IMG/VR virus record: IMGVR_UViG_3300038956_000205
Location: 1-35,411 of that record
Direction: 5' to 3' (one strand)
Source: a virus
DNA length: 35,411 nt
Both the position numbers and the translations under genes were made by a program. Shown piece after piece: positions 34,481 through 35,411 of the stretch (the stretch's first letter is position 1; every line of letters begins with the position of its first letter). The notes under the pieces are model-generated. The model did not search any database and was not told the origin of the DNA. It was given only the letters and a program-made list of their open reading frames with translations.

Positions 34481-35411
34481 ATGCCTTTCCCTAATTTCAT
34501 ATTTTCAGCTTCCCCAACTCCACAAAATGACCCCCAAACAACTACCGTAGGCGCAAGCGTAGCAACAGAACGAGAACAATTTACCTATCATTCCGACATC
34601 TTAAAATGGATCTCAGAAACTAAAAATAAACTCCCTCGCGCCACTCCTTTACTCAGAAAAGAAGCATTCCTAGCCGACCCCATGATAAGCGGGACTATTT
34701 ATCCATACCTAAAAAACGTACTTCTCAAAGACTATAAAATTATCACAAGTGATAATAAACTCTACTCAGAAGCCATAGAAGAAATTACTGACTACCTCGA
34801 AGCCCTTAAAATAATGCAGGTATTCCGCGAGGACTTTCTGGACTATGCCTTTTTAGTTGGTCACTCATATAGGAGAGCTGACCCAGATAAACAGGGAAAT
34901 ATTGCAAGTCTCGGACGGCTGGACCCGGCAAGTATGGAAGTGTACGAAGATCCCTGGGACAGTTCGATTATCGCATACCACCAGAAAGCCCAGGTCAAAA
35001 CATCCTGGTCTTCAATGAGTACAACGATAGACGTCGATAGTTGGTTTATCCCATTCGGCGCAGATATCCCGAATATTTATGATACATGGGTCCAGGACAG
35101 GGAAACCGGAAACAATTCGAAAGTCTATGATCTGTTCGAGACTTATAAAACAAAATATTCAATCAGCGATATCAACAACCTGCGGATAGGCTCATCTGAG
35201 CGTATTTTTGCAATGCACAATTCCGATATCAAATATACTCAAACTTCAGATGATGATTACAGGGAAACTTATAATCCTGCACCTATTGATTCCGTACTAC
35301 TTGCGGTCTGGCTTAAGAGACTTCTATTAGTCAACAGTCCAAATTTAATTTATGTTGTTCTCAGTCCTTTCCTTCATTTGATTTCCGGAGTTCTAAAAGA
35401 ATCAAAAGATG
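34481..35411 (+). CDS. portal protein, 5' part (runs off the window)
   Basis: Open frame from ATG 34481 to the window end (MPFPNFIFSASPTPQ...LGRLDPASMEV...); not in the ORF track; follows terminase. Confidence 0.7.
   Translation, partial: MPFPNFIFSASPTPQNDPQTTTVGASVATEREQFTYHSDILKWISETKNKLPRATPLLRKEAFLADPMISGTIYPYLKNVLLKDYKIITSDNKLYSEAIEEITDYLEALKIMQVFREDFLDYAFLVGHSYRRADPDKQGNIASLGRLDPASMEVYEDPWDSSIIAYHQKAQVKTSWSSMSTTIDVDSWFIPFGADIPNIYDTWVQDRETGNNSKVYDLFETYKTKYSISDINNLRIGSSERIFAMHNSDIKYTQTSDDDYRETYNPAPIDSVLLAVWLKRLLLVNSPNLIYVVLSPFLHLISGVLKESKD

Noticed and set aside
1-35411. Wholesale TAG reassignment (alternative genetic code)
   Set aside because: Long genes contain no internal TAGs apart from one case; at least two small ORFs end plausibly in TAG; low TAG use is expected in a Pyl-encoding host
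1-35411. Integrase or att sites defining provirus ends
   Set aside because: No recombinase is visible and no host-like genes flank the window, so integrated versus free state cannot be determined

Overview
The window is most of a head-tail (Caudoviricetes-like, long-tailed) archaeal virus or provirus genome. The host is very probably Methanosarcina, based on a DUF1699-like gene, disaggregatase-like beta-helix proteins, archaeal TATA boxes and GGAGG/GAGGTGA ribosome-binding sites. The order appears circularly permuted. (1) 1-12140, tail module: neck, terminator, tail tube, chaperone with a -1 slippery site, tape measure, Dit-like protein, DUF2341 adhesin-hub and a beta-helix spike. (2) 12.2-15.6 kb, candidate lysis cassette: a second beta-helix enzyme interrupted by an in-frame TAG, two membrane proteins and an unannotated 20-aa amphipathic peptide. 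(3) 15.7-21 kb, leftward SNF2-IbrA-IbrB module under a duplicated palindromic promoter. (4) 21-28.9 kb, early/regulatory region: a Dam-like methylase, tRNA-Gln plus tRNA-like structures, a Gam-like protein, small regulators and an iteron-like origin candidate. (5) Terminase small and large subunits. (6) An accessory insert between terL and portal holding relics of a possible type IV-B-like module and a second IbrAB pair, plus an intact Cas4-like nuclease and CysH-like gene. (7) The 5' part of the portal gene. No capsid gene, integrase, polymerase, MCM, reverse transcriptase or CRISPR array is visible. Family assignments come from motif recognition and recall, not database searches.
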